Assembly: GCF_009834535.1 (NCBI RefSeq)
Contig: NC_045696.1
Span: 11,162,001-11,226,000, forward strand
From: Camelus ferus
Taxonomy: Eukaryota
Length of the DNA stretch: 64,000 nt
Direction: 5' to 3'
Positions 27,101 to 39,100 of this stretch are shown here, one piece after another. Each line of letters opens with the position of its first letter. Position 1 is the stretch's first letter. A program made the position numbers and the translations under genes. The notes beneath the pieces are model-generated. The model did no database searches and was not told the DNA's origin. It worked only from the letters and a program-made list of their open reading frames with translations.

Positions 27101-30100
27101 GGCTGTTGGGAAGGGGGTCATTTGACAGATGAGTCTGAAATACTGTGTTTGCGTGGCTGCACAGATACCTGCTGTAACACTGATGTTTTCTCTTCAGTAT
27201 TTATTCTTGATGTCTTAATGCTAAGGTATGAGTCCTTCATCCTTACTGGGTATCCAAGCAACGCAGACCCAAGGAAGCACTCACAGATCACAGTGGTGTA
27301 ATTAGTCAGGATTGCTCAGGCTTTGCTGCAGTAACAGATAAGCCCCAAAACATCGGGGGTTTAATAAGTAAAGGTCTCTTTCTTGATCTTGTCGGAGTTC
27401 CGGACAGGTTAGGTTGCTCTCCTGGGTGGCTGTCCTCCAGAAGGTAGCTCAGGGATCCAGGCTGCTCGTGTCTTGTAGCTGTGCCATCTCAACATATGGC
27501 TCGAGGGTCACTGTGGAAGGGTTGATAGTGGACAGTCAAGCAGGGTGTTCTGTCCGGGCCTGGGAGTTGCTAAACCAGTCCTGTGGTCCCAGCGTGACTG
27601 CTTGTGTTCCAAGGAAGAGGAAATAGATTGGTTGGCACTAAGCAGGTTGCAGTCCTGGGTGGCTTTGGCCTCACCTCTTCTATACCTGGGTCTCTACTTA
27701 TGGGCCTCAGCATCTGAAGTCTGACTGTGTGCTGTATGTTTAATAAAATGAAGCCTGGTATGGTCTACAGTGGTCAGACCTGCCTTTCGGTGTGGTTATG
27801 TGATCCCTTGTGGAGTTAGTTGTTGGGGGTTTTTCTGGGTCTGGAATGTATGTGGGAGTTGTTACTGATGGATCACAGAAGGGCGGTCCCAGCAAGCATC
27901 TCCCCGCCGTGCCTCCCTCCCCTGCAGGAGACAGCATCGTGGCATATCTGACGGGGGTGCTGACGGATCTCCTCCACACCCAGAGAGACCCGCTGGCTCT
28001 GTGTCTTCTGCTTCAGTCTTACGACAGATTGGAGCCTCCAGTCCCACCTTGCTGCCGCCAGCTGTCCTGGTTCAGCCGATATTACAGCCGCTGGATCCCA
28101 GAGCCGGCCCGAGAGGCCTTGGTGAGCTGGGGCAGCCACCGCTTCTGGGAAAACCAGGCCTTTCTTTCCCTGGAAAACCCAGAGGTCTCTCCCTGCGGGT
28201 TGCAGCGGTGTGTGGAAACCTCCCCGATTCAGTGCCCTCACGTGAACACACACTAGGAAAATGTGTGTCACTGAAAATGTTGGGACTTGAATAAAATGCC
28301 GCAGGGTCACATATTTTTCAGCATCAGTAGGAGGTTTCTGTGAACTAGGCCTCTGTGTGTCGCCCGTCCCTGTTTCAGTGCATTGGGCCCCTTTGCCCTC
28401 TCTGCTGATCTGTTTTTCCTCTTCTCGGCCTCTGCTGTCTCCCCCAGCCGCTGCAGACGTCTGGCAGCCCTGCCCCGCCAGGACCCCCGGACCCCTCCTT
28501 TGCCGCCCTGCTGCAGGCGGCCTACATGGGTGAGGAATCGGGCCCGCTCCAGCTCCTGGACGAGGCGGTTCAGGCACAGCTGCAGGCCGCCCTCCTGCGC
28601 CTCCCAATGCACCAGGTCCTGCGCTCGGCCAAACACCTACTGCTCTACGTCAGGAGCACCGTGGAGAACTTCGGCCAGGTCAGCGCTGCCCCCGCTCCCC
28701 TGCGGCCCCCACGTGCTCCCCTGTCCCTGCCTACAGAGAACATGGCCTCTTGCAAGCGGCGGTGTTGATGGAGTCTAGGGACCCCATTGTCACCCCATTT
28801 GTTCCACACGTGGGGAGGGCGGTGGCCTGCTGCGTGGGTCCCCGGGCAGGCCTGCAGTGTAGGGGCTTGGCCACTCTGCTGGTCCAGCGCCCTTCCTTCC
28901 TGAAGCAGAAGCAGGCTGTGCACCTGCTTTCTCCAGGCCTTAGGTGCAGACCCGGCGGACCTCAGACTTGGGAGTCAGGTGCGGCCGAACTCTGTCACTG
29001 GGGCAGCCGAGTCAGGATGGGGCCCTTCCCCTCTCTCCTGCAAGTTTTAATTCAGAAGTTCATTGCTGAGTCTTCTGTCCCTGGTGTGGTTTACAGAATT
29101 TTAGTTTAGGTCTTCAGGTGGGCCTTTTTCCCTTTTCCTCATTTTGGTCAAAATACACCTGTGTGTTTCATCAAGAGGACATGTCTTATTAAGAAATGAC
29201 TTTGAGGTTGTTGGCATTTATGGGGAGTGGCCACTTCAGCCTATCTCCCTCCTTGATTCTCGTTTCTGGCACCTTCTGGCCCCGAGGAACCTGCTATCAC
29301 TGTTCTGGTGACTGTCAGCTCTTCCGTCTCGTCCTCACAGCTGGGCAAAAGCACAGGGCCTCCCCTGCTGCAGTTCCTCCTGGATCTCCTCAGGCGCCTG
29401 GTTGTCCACTGTGAGCAGCTGGACGCCCAGAACCAGCAGAAGTGCCAGGCGGCCCAGGCCGAGTCCGACCTCTTTTTGGACATGGAGTCCATGGCCTTGC
29501 TGGAGTTGGCCAATGACAAGGTAGGGCCACCCTTCTTCCCCAGGTCTCCTTCCTGGTGGCCTTTTCCTGCAAGGTCACAGACACAGGCTTTCCCTCCATC
29601 CTGGTTAAAAACAAATGCATGTTCGTTGCAGGAAAATAGGGAGATGCAGAGAACTCTAGAGGAGACACTGAAAACCACCCGTGACTCCCCACCCCGAGAT
29701 AAGCACGGTTGCCTTTGGGCATCCGTATTTGCAGGCACTTCTCTCCGCTCACACTTGCCCTCCTGCGAGCACTTCTCCCTCCCACTGTGTGCTGTGAGCA
29801 TCTCGAGAACTCGGCCTGCGTGTTTTCCTTTTAAAGAGTTGCAGCCTGAGTGGAGTAAAGGCCGGGCAGTGGATGGGGCCCTCGGTTGTAAACACACACA
29901 GTGAGTGCACTGCGCGGAGAGGCGTGAGCCCTCCTCTCTGCTGTTAGTCTTGTGAGGCAGGCTCTTCAGTTGGGGCCAGGCCGAACCTTTCCCACCACTT
30001 GCCATCTGACCTGTTGTACTGGGTCCAGGAGGCAGGCATGCCCCGCATTTCACAGTGCAGTGCACGCCTCCCTCCTTTGATCTCCATGGGGGCTCCGGGG

Positions 30101-33100
30101 GTGTTGCTGGGGCAGGACCACCTTAATGTCGTCTGTCAGCGTGCTCCTAATGTGCGCTTTTCTGTTTTTATTTGACGAAGCTCAATTGGAAAGTGTGATA
30201 TGCTTCTCTTTCCTTCCCTCGAGAGTAAACGAGGAAAGGATGGTTATTCCCATCCCTGGAGCTGGGGTGACCTCGTGGGCTAGGTGTCATGTTCAGTGAG
30301 GCTGCATCAAGTTCTGATCCAGCAAGGGCTCTCAGCCCTTTTCTGCTCAGTGGTTTAAACTAGTCTCAGGGTCAGAGCTAGTTCCTGGGGAGGGTCACTC
30401 GGTGGGGGTCACTCGGTGGGGGTCACTCGCAGCCCAGTCTTCTTCTGAAAGTGGATGCAGGATGAGCTTCAGTTCTGGATAGTGGGCATTCATAGCAGTT
30501 TAACTCCTACCCGTCTTCCCCAGCCACGGGGTCTCCTAAGCCGAGGCCGCCCTGTCCAAGTTGCCAGGTGATACCCACAACCCTCCACCAGATCTATTTA
30601 GGCTGGTAGGCCTGCTGGGGAGAAACCAGATGACTGATCTTAATCCCATATTGGTGTTTCTGCATGGCTGGAGCCTTGAACGAGTGATGGTGGAGAGCAG
30701 TTTTGCTGCACAGCAAATTCATTTGGGCTCCATTTATCAGATACCTGCTGGTCTGGGTGGGGCACTGACCAAGTCACAGTTCAGCCCTTGTGGTCATCCA
30801 GGGGAGGAGGTGCGTTACAGTTGGGTAACGGCTCTGACTGGGCTCGGGTGCCTCGTGCACCCCTAAGAGAGGCATGGAAACATGGGCTTGAGGATGCACC
30901 GGCTTAGGAAAGTTGTCTTCTGCTCTTCGTCCTGCCGCTGCCTGCTCTTAGCTGGCTGGGGCCGTGGGTGAAGTCCGGGCTTTGTCACTGTGTTTCAGAC
31001 TCTGGAGGAGGTGCTCGGGGCCATCCTCAGACATCCCACACTGGAGGGCTGGTACCTGGCCCTGGAGCGGCAGGCCCTCCCTCCGCACACCCTCAGCCCC
31101 ATCCTCGTGAAGCTCCTGGCAGCCCATCTCAGCAGAGGAGTCCTTCAGCTGCTGGTGGCCAGTGCCCCAATCCTCCAGGGCATCGGTCAGCTGGGCCTCC
31201 TGGCCAGGTACTCGGAAGCCATCACCCAGAGCGTCCTCAGAGAGCTGCGAAACCGGAGGGCGGGCTCAGCCTCAATGACGCCAAAGACCCTTCCTCAGCT
31301 TGAAGCCCTGCAGGGGCTGCATCCGTACATGGAGGGTAACCAGCTCCGGGAGGTCACCCTGGCCCTGCTGAGCCTGCCGGTGGCCCACCTGGTGGCCCAG
31401 CGACCTGCCAAGTCCCCCAAGGAGAGACGGCTGAGCGCTCTTGGGAGGGCGCTGGTCCAGCTGTTGACCAGCAGCCCCCGGGATCAGCTGCAGAGCAGCG
31501 AGCTCCTCTGGGCCTCCGAGTACGTGAGGGGCCTGGGGGCCCTGCTTCCCACGCTGGCCGTGGACGAGCTGGACGCTGTGCTCCTCCACGCACTGCAGAG
31601 AGAGCCCATGCTGGCCTCTGTGGTTGGAGTCGACCTGCTGGACTACTGCCTGGCCCGGCGGACGCAGGCGGCCCTGGGCGCGGCGGCCCTGCTCCTGCAG
31701 CGGAGCTGCACCCACCTGCTGCGGTTTGAGCGCTGGTGCGGGCAGCCCGGTGTGGGGCGCTGCCTGCGGGAGGCCCCGGATGACCTCCTCCCCGTCATCA
31801 ACGTGTACCTCCAGTGCCGGGCTCGGGGACCCTTCACGCGCCCCGCAGGAGGTATGGGAAGGGATGGCCGGGCGGGCAGCCGGGGGACGTGAGAGCACAG
31901 GTCCAGTCTTAAGCCCGGGAACCTCACGTTCCTCACCGTGCTTTTGTTCTGTTTCCCCTCTGGTGTCTGACTCGGCTCTGGAGGTGGGGAAGGATGGGGA
32001 AATTTCAACATCCTTCCCCAGACCCCAGACTCCTGACCCTCTGGCCTGAGGTGTTGCCCCGTGCTGCCGTCTACTCGGAGTTACCCACAGGGAGCTGGGG
32101 TGGGTGGGGGGCAGGAGATGAGGGGGCAGTAGCTGCAGCCACTGGGGGCCAAGGAGGGAGCCGCCCGGGGCTGGGTCTCGTCAGGTTGAGGAGTCATTGG
32201 GTGACGGTCCTTTGAAGCGGTGGTGAGGCGGTGCTGAGCCAAGGCAGCCTGGGCCTCGCTCTCTTCTCTCTCTACCAGTCTGGTTTCAGATCGGAGGCAC
32301 TTTGTGATCACCTTGAACTTGAATTGTCTTGTGTATGAATGAGTTCTCAGTCACTGCTTTGTCTCTGTGCGGCCTAGCTTTGCATGGATGACAGATGTTA
32401 AATTTTAAAAAATAAGAGCCCCCACAGAAGCAAGCCTTCCAGTGGGTTGTTCTCGGTGCCCCCTCCTGTTCCCAAGTGAGCTCAGGACTAGAAGGCTCAC
32501 CGTCTGGTCATGACCTTGAGCTAGGGGCCCACTGGGTCGAACCGTCCCTGTCAGGGTTGAGTGACGAGAGGTATCAGTGGCGTGCTGGTGAATGTTTAAG
32601 ACCTGGCTCTTAGGGGAGAAAGATTTGTAGCATTTACCAATTTCCATGGTGTTATTACACCTGTCATGGCCAATTTCAAGCTACTAGTGTGACATCACCC
32701 ACGTGACAAGACCCCTGAAATCCAGCCACCAGCTCACATGAGCGGGTTCTAGCGCTCCGCAGTGATGGACTTCCCCTCCTGTTTGTCTCCGCCCCAGTGT
32801 CCTCTGCTGTCATTCCTGTCTTGAGGAAGGCCCTGTGGCGGCAGCTGCAGACCAGGCTGCTGAGTGCTGATGGGCCCCCAGAGTCTGGGCTGCATCAGGA
32901 GATCCTGGCCCAGCTGGTCCCATTTGCAAGAGCCAAGGACCTCCGTGTTCTCATGGACCATTTGCCCAGCTTGCTTCGGGCTCCAGGCAGTCACAAGAGG
33001 TATGAAGGCTTCGATGGTCTGGCTTTCCCATCTCAGAGTCACTTCCCCCTGTCGTGTTTATAAAGCAGTGAAAATTGCAGTGTTGCTGTTGCCTTAGTTG

Positions 33101-36100
33101 GTGAGAACAGTTCTGTAAGAACTCTTCCAGCATCCTGGCTAGAGTGAGTTCATCTCCGCAGGTGGATGGCTCCAATTCCCTTAGAGCCGTGATTCTCAAC
33201 CAGGGGTGATTTTGCCCACTCCAGGGAACAGTTGGCAATGTCTGAAATTTTTTGTCATGATTTGGACGTAGGGGGAGGGTGTTGCTTCTGGCTTCTAGAG
33301 GGTAGAGGCCAGGGTGCGTCTAAATATCCTGTAATGCAGAGGACAGCCCTCGTCCCCCTCAAGAAAGAATCATTTGGCTCCAAATGTCAGTAGGGCCGAG
33401 GTTGTGATTGCCTGATTTAGACCAAGTTGTATCCTTTTTCTGGTGTGCTGATGTGTTTCCCCTAGTCGTAAAAATTCTGGTACGTCTTTGATGTTTGAGG
33501 AAAGGGCAGAGGAGGCCTGTGATTTCTGTGCTTGGGTAGCGTCGGTACCAGGACTCAGGGCACCTGTCTTATGTGGCCCATTGCAATGCTGGGTTATATT
33601 TCAAGCTAGAGGGGTTGAGGCCATGCCTGCCTCTAACTGTGACTGCTGTCTTCTGCTACAGTTGGATGGTGGCCGACTCCATCTCAGCCGTCCTGGAAGA
33701 GTCAGCAGAAGAGCTGTGTGCCTGGAAAAAGACTCTGCTGGAGGCCTGTGTGCAGTGGCTGGTCGAGGCCTTCGGTGGCGGCCAGCAAGACGACGGCACC
33801 CAGGACCAAGAGAAGCAGATGCTGCTGAGATTAAACGAGCTATTGGTAGGTGTCTTATCAGAGGCCCTAGTTGGATTTTTAAGGGGAAGAGTGTGCTAGA
33901 AAAACCGAGGTTTACAGGTACATTCCAAGCCAGGTGGCATGACTTGGACCTGGCGGCCAGTGGGAGGGGCTGTGTCCAGGAGGCGGAGCCGCAGGTGGAG
34001 GGCGAACTCTGAACTGACAGGCCATCGTTACCAGGGACAGATGTAGGAATTTGTCAGGACACCTTTTGTTGCCTCTCCTGAGATGGTTGTAGAGTTTTGG
34101 TTTTGTTCAGACTGTTAATGAGGTGAATTATATTAATCGATCTTTGAATGTCAAACCACCCTTGCTTTCCCTGGTTAAACCTATGTGGTCTTGATATATT
34201 ATCATCTTTATATATTGTTGGATTTGATATGCTGATGTTTTATTAAGAATTTTTGTGTCTGTGTGCATGAGGGATATGAGTTTATAATTTTATATTCTTG
34301 AAATGTCCTAGTCTGGCTTTAGGACCAGGTTATACTGGCCTCAGAATGAGTTAAGAAGAGTTTCACTGGGTGTAAAATTCCAGGTTAACAGTGGTGGTTT
34401 TCTTTCGGGACCTTAAAGACATTGCTTTACTGTCTCCTGGGGCACATTGTTTCTGATAAGAAATCTCTCGTTCTTACCTGTTTCTCTGTACATCACGTCT
34501 TTTTTCTCTGGCTGCTTCCAGGGCTGTTTTTCTTTACATTGCTTAGAACAGTTGGACTGTGATGTGCCTCAGGGTGGCTTTCTTAAGGTTTCCCGTGCTT
34601 TGGGTTCAGTGAGCTTCCTGGCTCTGTGAGTTTAGTGTTTTCATAGAATTCGGAAATTATTAGCTGTTTTTGGCCTTTATTCCCTTTTATTGATGCATCC
34701 TTTTTTTTTTTATGTACAAAATACTCATGTGTTTATGAATTAATGACCAAGTTAAATATGCAACTGCATATAAAAAGGGGCGTGTGTGTGTGTGTGTGTT
34801 TCTCTCCCCCATCTGCTCACTCTCCTCTGGAGCAGCTGGGTGACGCTGGTGCAGGGGTGGGTGCCCTTGCTGGGTGACCCGCTCCTTCCTTCTCCCCTTT
34901 ATGCCTGACGCATCCTTTTTTTTTTAATGTTGTATTTTTTCACGGAAATAATGAACCTCTTGAAGGCTAGAGTGCGAGTTTTTCCTCAATGCACGGTGTA
35001 AAATTGTGTTAAGAGTCATAGAGTCTGTGACTTGTATGTAAAGAAACACTGAACCCAAGACTTAAAAGGGAATCCTGAGGAAAAGGACCCCAGGTACAAG
35101 TTAATAAACGTGCGACAAATACATTTGGGTTCTAGGTCAGTTGTAGTGCCCACGTAGTTGTGTTTAGAGACTTTATAACCAGTATTTCAGACTGAATTTG
35201 TTGTGTTACAGGTTTGTGAATTTCAGGCCTGTAGGCACCCAACGCGCCAGGACCAGGGAAAAGGAGGGACAGCCCCGAGATGTGGGGAAGCCGCGCTGTG
35301 GACGAGGGGTGCCGGGCCCGGCCGGCGGGCGTGAGGGCTGGGGCGAAGGCTGTGCTGTGCTAGGCATTTGTGTTCTCAGGGCCTGCCTCCCTCCTTACCC
35401 CACTTTTCTTTTTTCTTTCTCTCTCTCTCTCTCTCGCTTCTTTTCCCTCCTTTTTAACAGTCAGTTTTTAGAGCAGGTTTGGGTTCATGGCAGAATTGAG
35501 CAGAAAGTCCCAAGCTCACATAGGCCCCCGGCCCCCATCCGTGCATAGCCTCCCCACTGCCAGCATCCCAGCAGCCCTTTTCTTCAACTAAGGTGTAATT
35601 TTCATCTTGTGAAGTGCAGGGTCTTGAGTGTATAGTTTCGTGTTGATGAATACCCCTGTGCCCACACCCCTGTCCAGAAGATTTTCATCATCCCAGGAAG
35701 TTCTCTCATGCTTTTTCCTTGTCACCCCTTCCCTCCAGAGCAGCCCCTCTTCTGATGTAACGTATCCTGTGTTTGGAGATTCTCTCCTCATCAGAGGCTG
35801 TGGACCTCTGTCGGCCCTGTTGGTGGTGCGGTGGTCTTGCCCTGGGTAGACATGCTCTTGTGAATTTAAACAGTCATGTGTGGCTGCACATGTGTGTGTT
35901 GTAAATCAGTCAGTGTTGCTCAAAATGGTGGGCAACAAAGAAAGTTACAGGACAATTTGGAACTTCTCTTTTGGTCATTTGAGGATCGTAGGTGTGCTAA
36001 CAAAATGACAGAGCTATTAGTGGAAATAAAACAATTTAAAAAATCAAAGAAACCACCACATGTTTTTGTGAATTGCTTAGGTAACTGTATTCCATGTTTA

Positions 36101-39100
36101 CTGAGGGACATTAATTTAAATTGTATGTTTTAAGCTAATTGGGATATTCCACATACACTTCTCATTTTATTCATAGAATTCACTTAATGAAGTTGATCCT
36201 GGGGCTTGGCAGAAATTTGTGAAGACCGGACTCAAGTAAGTGGAATTTATTTTCTTGGTGTGATTCAGGCAGGCGGTGAATGCCTTCGCTGGTGCAGAGC
36301 CGGCGGGGTAGCTTGTTACTAGTGTAAAGGACGTGGTGAGCAGGTGCCACTGCTGTGTTAGAGACACTGATACTGGGGAGGTTAAATGATACCTGCCCAT
36401 TGATACGTGTGTGCTTTTAACAATGATGAGGGGGCAGCCTTTAAAAAATGAAATATTTTTTAAAAGCAGAATTGTGCAGAAAATCGTATCAGCACCCAGA
36501 TTTAATACATGCTGACAGTTTTCTGTTTGTCGAAATCAATTCTCTTCCCTCTTTTCGCCCAAAAGCGTCACCTTTCTGAGCCTGAGCTTTGTCATGGCCC
36601 TGTGTGTTCTCATACTTTGGGTGCTTGTTAGTATGTCTCTAAGCAATAAATAACATTGTTTAGTGTGTCTGACGTTGTATACAGATGTGCTACTTTGTGG
36701 TCTTTGCTTTGCATTCAAATGTTTTTGAGTTACCCGTGTTGATACTGGAGATCTAAGTCACTCCTTTATGCTGTCTGATGACTGTACCAGAGTTGGTTTA
36801 GCCAGCCCCCTGCTGATGGACCGCCCCTCCCATTTCTCCCGCCCTCCTCCCGCCCTTCCACTCCTGCCATGAATGGTGCAGGTCTCTCCTGGCCCACGTG
36901 CCAGGTTTTCAGTTTACTCTCCAAGGTGTTTGAGCTCACGTGACACAGTGTGGAAGATCATTTGTTAATTCATGCTCACTAGCAGTTGATATAGTCAGAC
37001 CTTTTGGCAATCAGATAGTCATGAAACATTTCATTGTGCCTCTGATATTCGTTTCTCTGATTATTCATCCATTTGAGACAGAAAAATACTCAAGAAGACG
37101 AATAACTGAAGGCGGGTCAGAGGTTAATGGCAACCAAGTATTACCATCGTGAAATGAGGCATTTCTTTCAGTCTCTGGTTAATGTGTGTTTCTAGAATGT
37201 CTGCTCTGTGCTAAGTGATTCTTAACATCGTTCGCATGTGATTAAAAACTTGTTTCCTAGAGCAGGATGCTTTCATTTCTTCAGTGGGTTCTGAAGGGAG
37301 TTAAGATGAGAAAGCTTCTGAACCATTTGATGGGAGTGGCTTTTTTTTTCCCAAATTTTTTTTGTTTGTTTATTTTGGTTTTTCTGTTGTGTTCTGGGGC
37401 AGTGGTAATTAAGTTTATTTATTTATTTTAGCGGAGGTACTGGGGATTGAACCAGGACCTCGTGCGTGCTAAGCGTGCACTCTACCACTGAGCTGTACCC
37501 TCCCTGCTTGATGGGAGCTTTGAGTAGCTGAAAGGAAGGAGGGAGGGAGGCTGGCCAGCAGGGTGGGCTGGGGGCAGTGAGCATTGTCTTTATTTAGACT
37601 TGGCTGTTATGCTGCCCCCTGGCACTTCAGAGGGCTGGAAAGTTGGTGTGGCATTTGCACTGTCGAGAACAGAAGCGGGCTGCATGCAGCCCTTGCTGTG
37701 CGAAGCGCCCCCTGTGCTGGGGGTGGCTGATGGGGGGGGTGGCGGCGGGTGAGGTGCAGTGTTGGGTGGAGTCGGGATGTGGGGTGGATAAGTGTGCACT
37801 GTAAAACCCTCGCCTGGGTGGCATGTTGGAAGTCTTCCTCAATAAAACGCTGAGAAAAAGGTTTTTTATCTTTTATGATAAGCCGTTTCCCCCTTGGGTT
37901 CTTGCCTCCCAGATACCGGTATCAGGACCACGCATTTTTAAAGGCCCTCTGTGCTGCCATAGAGATCCTGTACCTTCCAGAAAACTCCATGTGCTCAAAG
38001 CTCACCCAGCTTCCGGTGGTCCACACGATGCTTACCCAGCACTCGCTGTTCCTGCCGACCCTGCTGGAGTCCGGTGAAGAGGGAAACCCAGACAGCCACG
38101 TGAAAGGTGAGCCCTTACCCCACCTCCCATCTCAGATCTATATTTTGTTTCCTGGTTTCATTGAGCTTGCTGTGCACCTAAGCTTAGCACCCACATGTTT
38201 TCAGAGCTAAGGAAGCATTGCACAAACGGTATTCAAATATTTCACTTTTGTCAAATCAAAGCTCAGATTTAAGTGTTTCCTCTAACTTAGGGTCAAACAG
38301 CAAGTGCAGACCTCTCTTCAGAGCCTGTCCTGGCTCACAGACATCATATTTAATATCCTCTTGCCAAATTATGGGCAAGTCTTAAAACTGGAAGTTAGGA
38401 GAAAGTAGGAGCGGGGTCTGACCTGAGAAAAATTGTTCAGTTACATGAAACATCTTAACGGGGTGGGTGAAACTTATCAAGGGTGAAGTGTTCGGAGGTC
38501 CCTGTGGATGGTTCACTGCCGGGGACTCTTTTAAAGCCCAGGCCTCAGCTACATCCCTAGTTAGTTCAATAAGCTTGTGCTTAGGGGTGGGGGAAGGCCA
38601 CGGAGACATCAGAGGTCTGAAGGGTCCCGCCTTCTGAAGCCATGCTCTGTTAGAAACAAAATTAACACCCTGCACTGTTGGAAATCACTGCGGAGCTGGT
38701 CTGTAACAAACTGCTGAACTGGAGAGAGCCATGACCCACATTCCTGGTCCAGGCAGTAGAAGTAAGAAGGCCCCACCGTTTCAGGCGGGAGGAGATGCTA
38801 GATTTTAGCAACACAATCGTGGGGGGAAATGCTTTGGTTTTAAACTCTTTGTTGGTTTAAAATTTGGGAGGGGGCTGGAAGAGGCTGTCCGCAGTTTTGA
38901 CAAAGACCTAGGAAGAGAGACGACTGTGAAGACATGTTTATTTTTAAAAAGGAAAAAGTAGGGAAGGGATTAAGACCAGTATTAGTCCAGTCCCAAGACC
39001 AGTATCATTCAGAGAGGGTATTTCAAGCATTTACGTTCCCTGAAATGCTTCCTCCTTTATTCTGAACGTGCACACCCCCCGCACTGTTGTGCATTTCAGT

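Noticed and set aside
27873..32011. Long antisense or alternate-frame ORFs (244, 274 and 208 aa)
   Set aside because: They shadow GC-rich URB1 exons, have low-complexity composition and show no recognisable homology.
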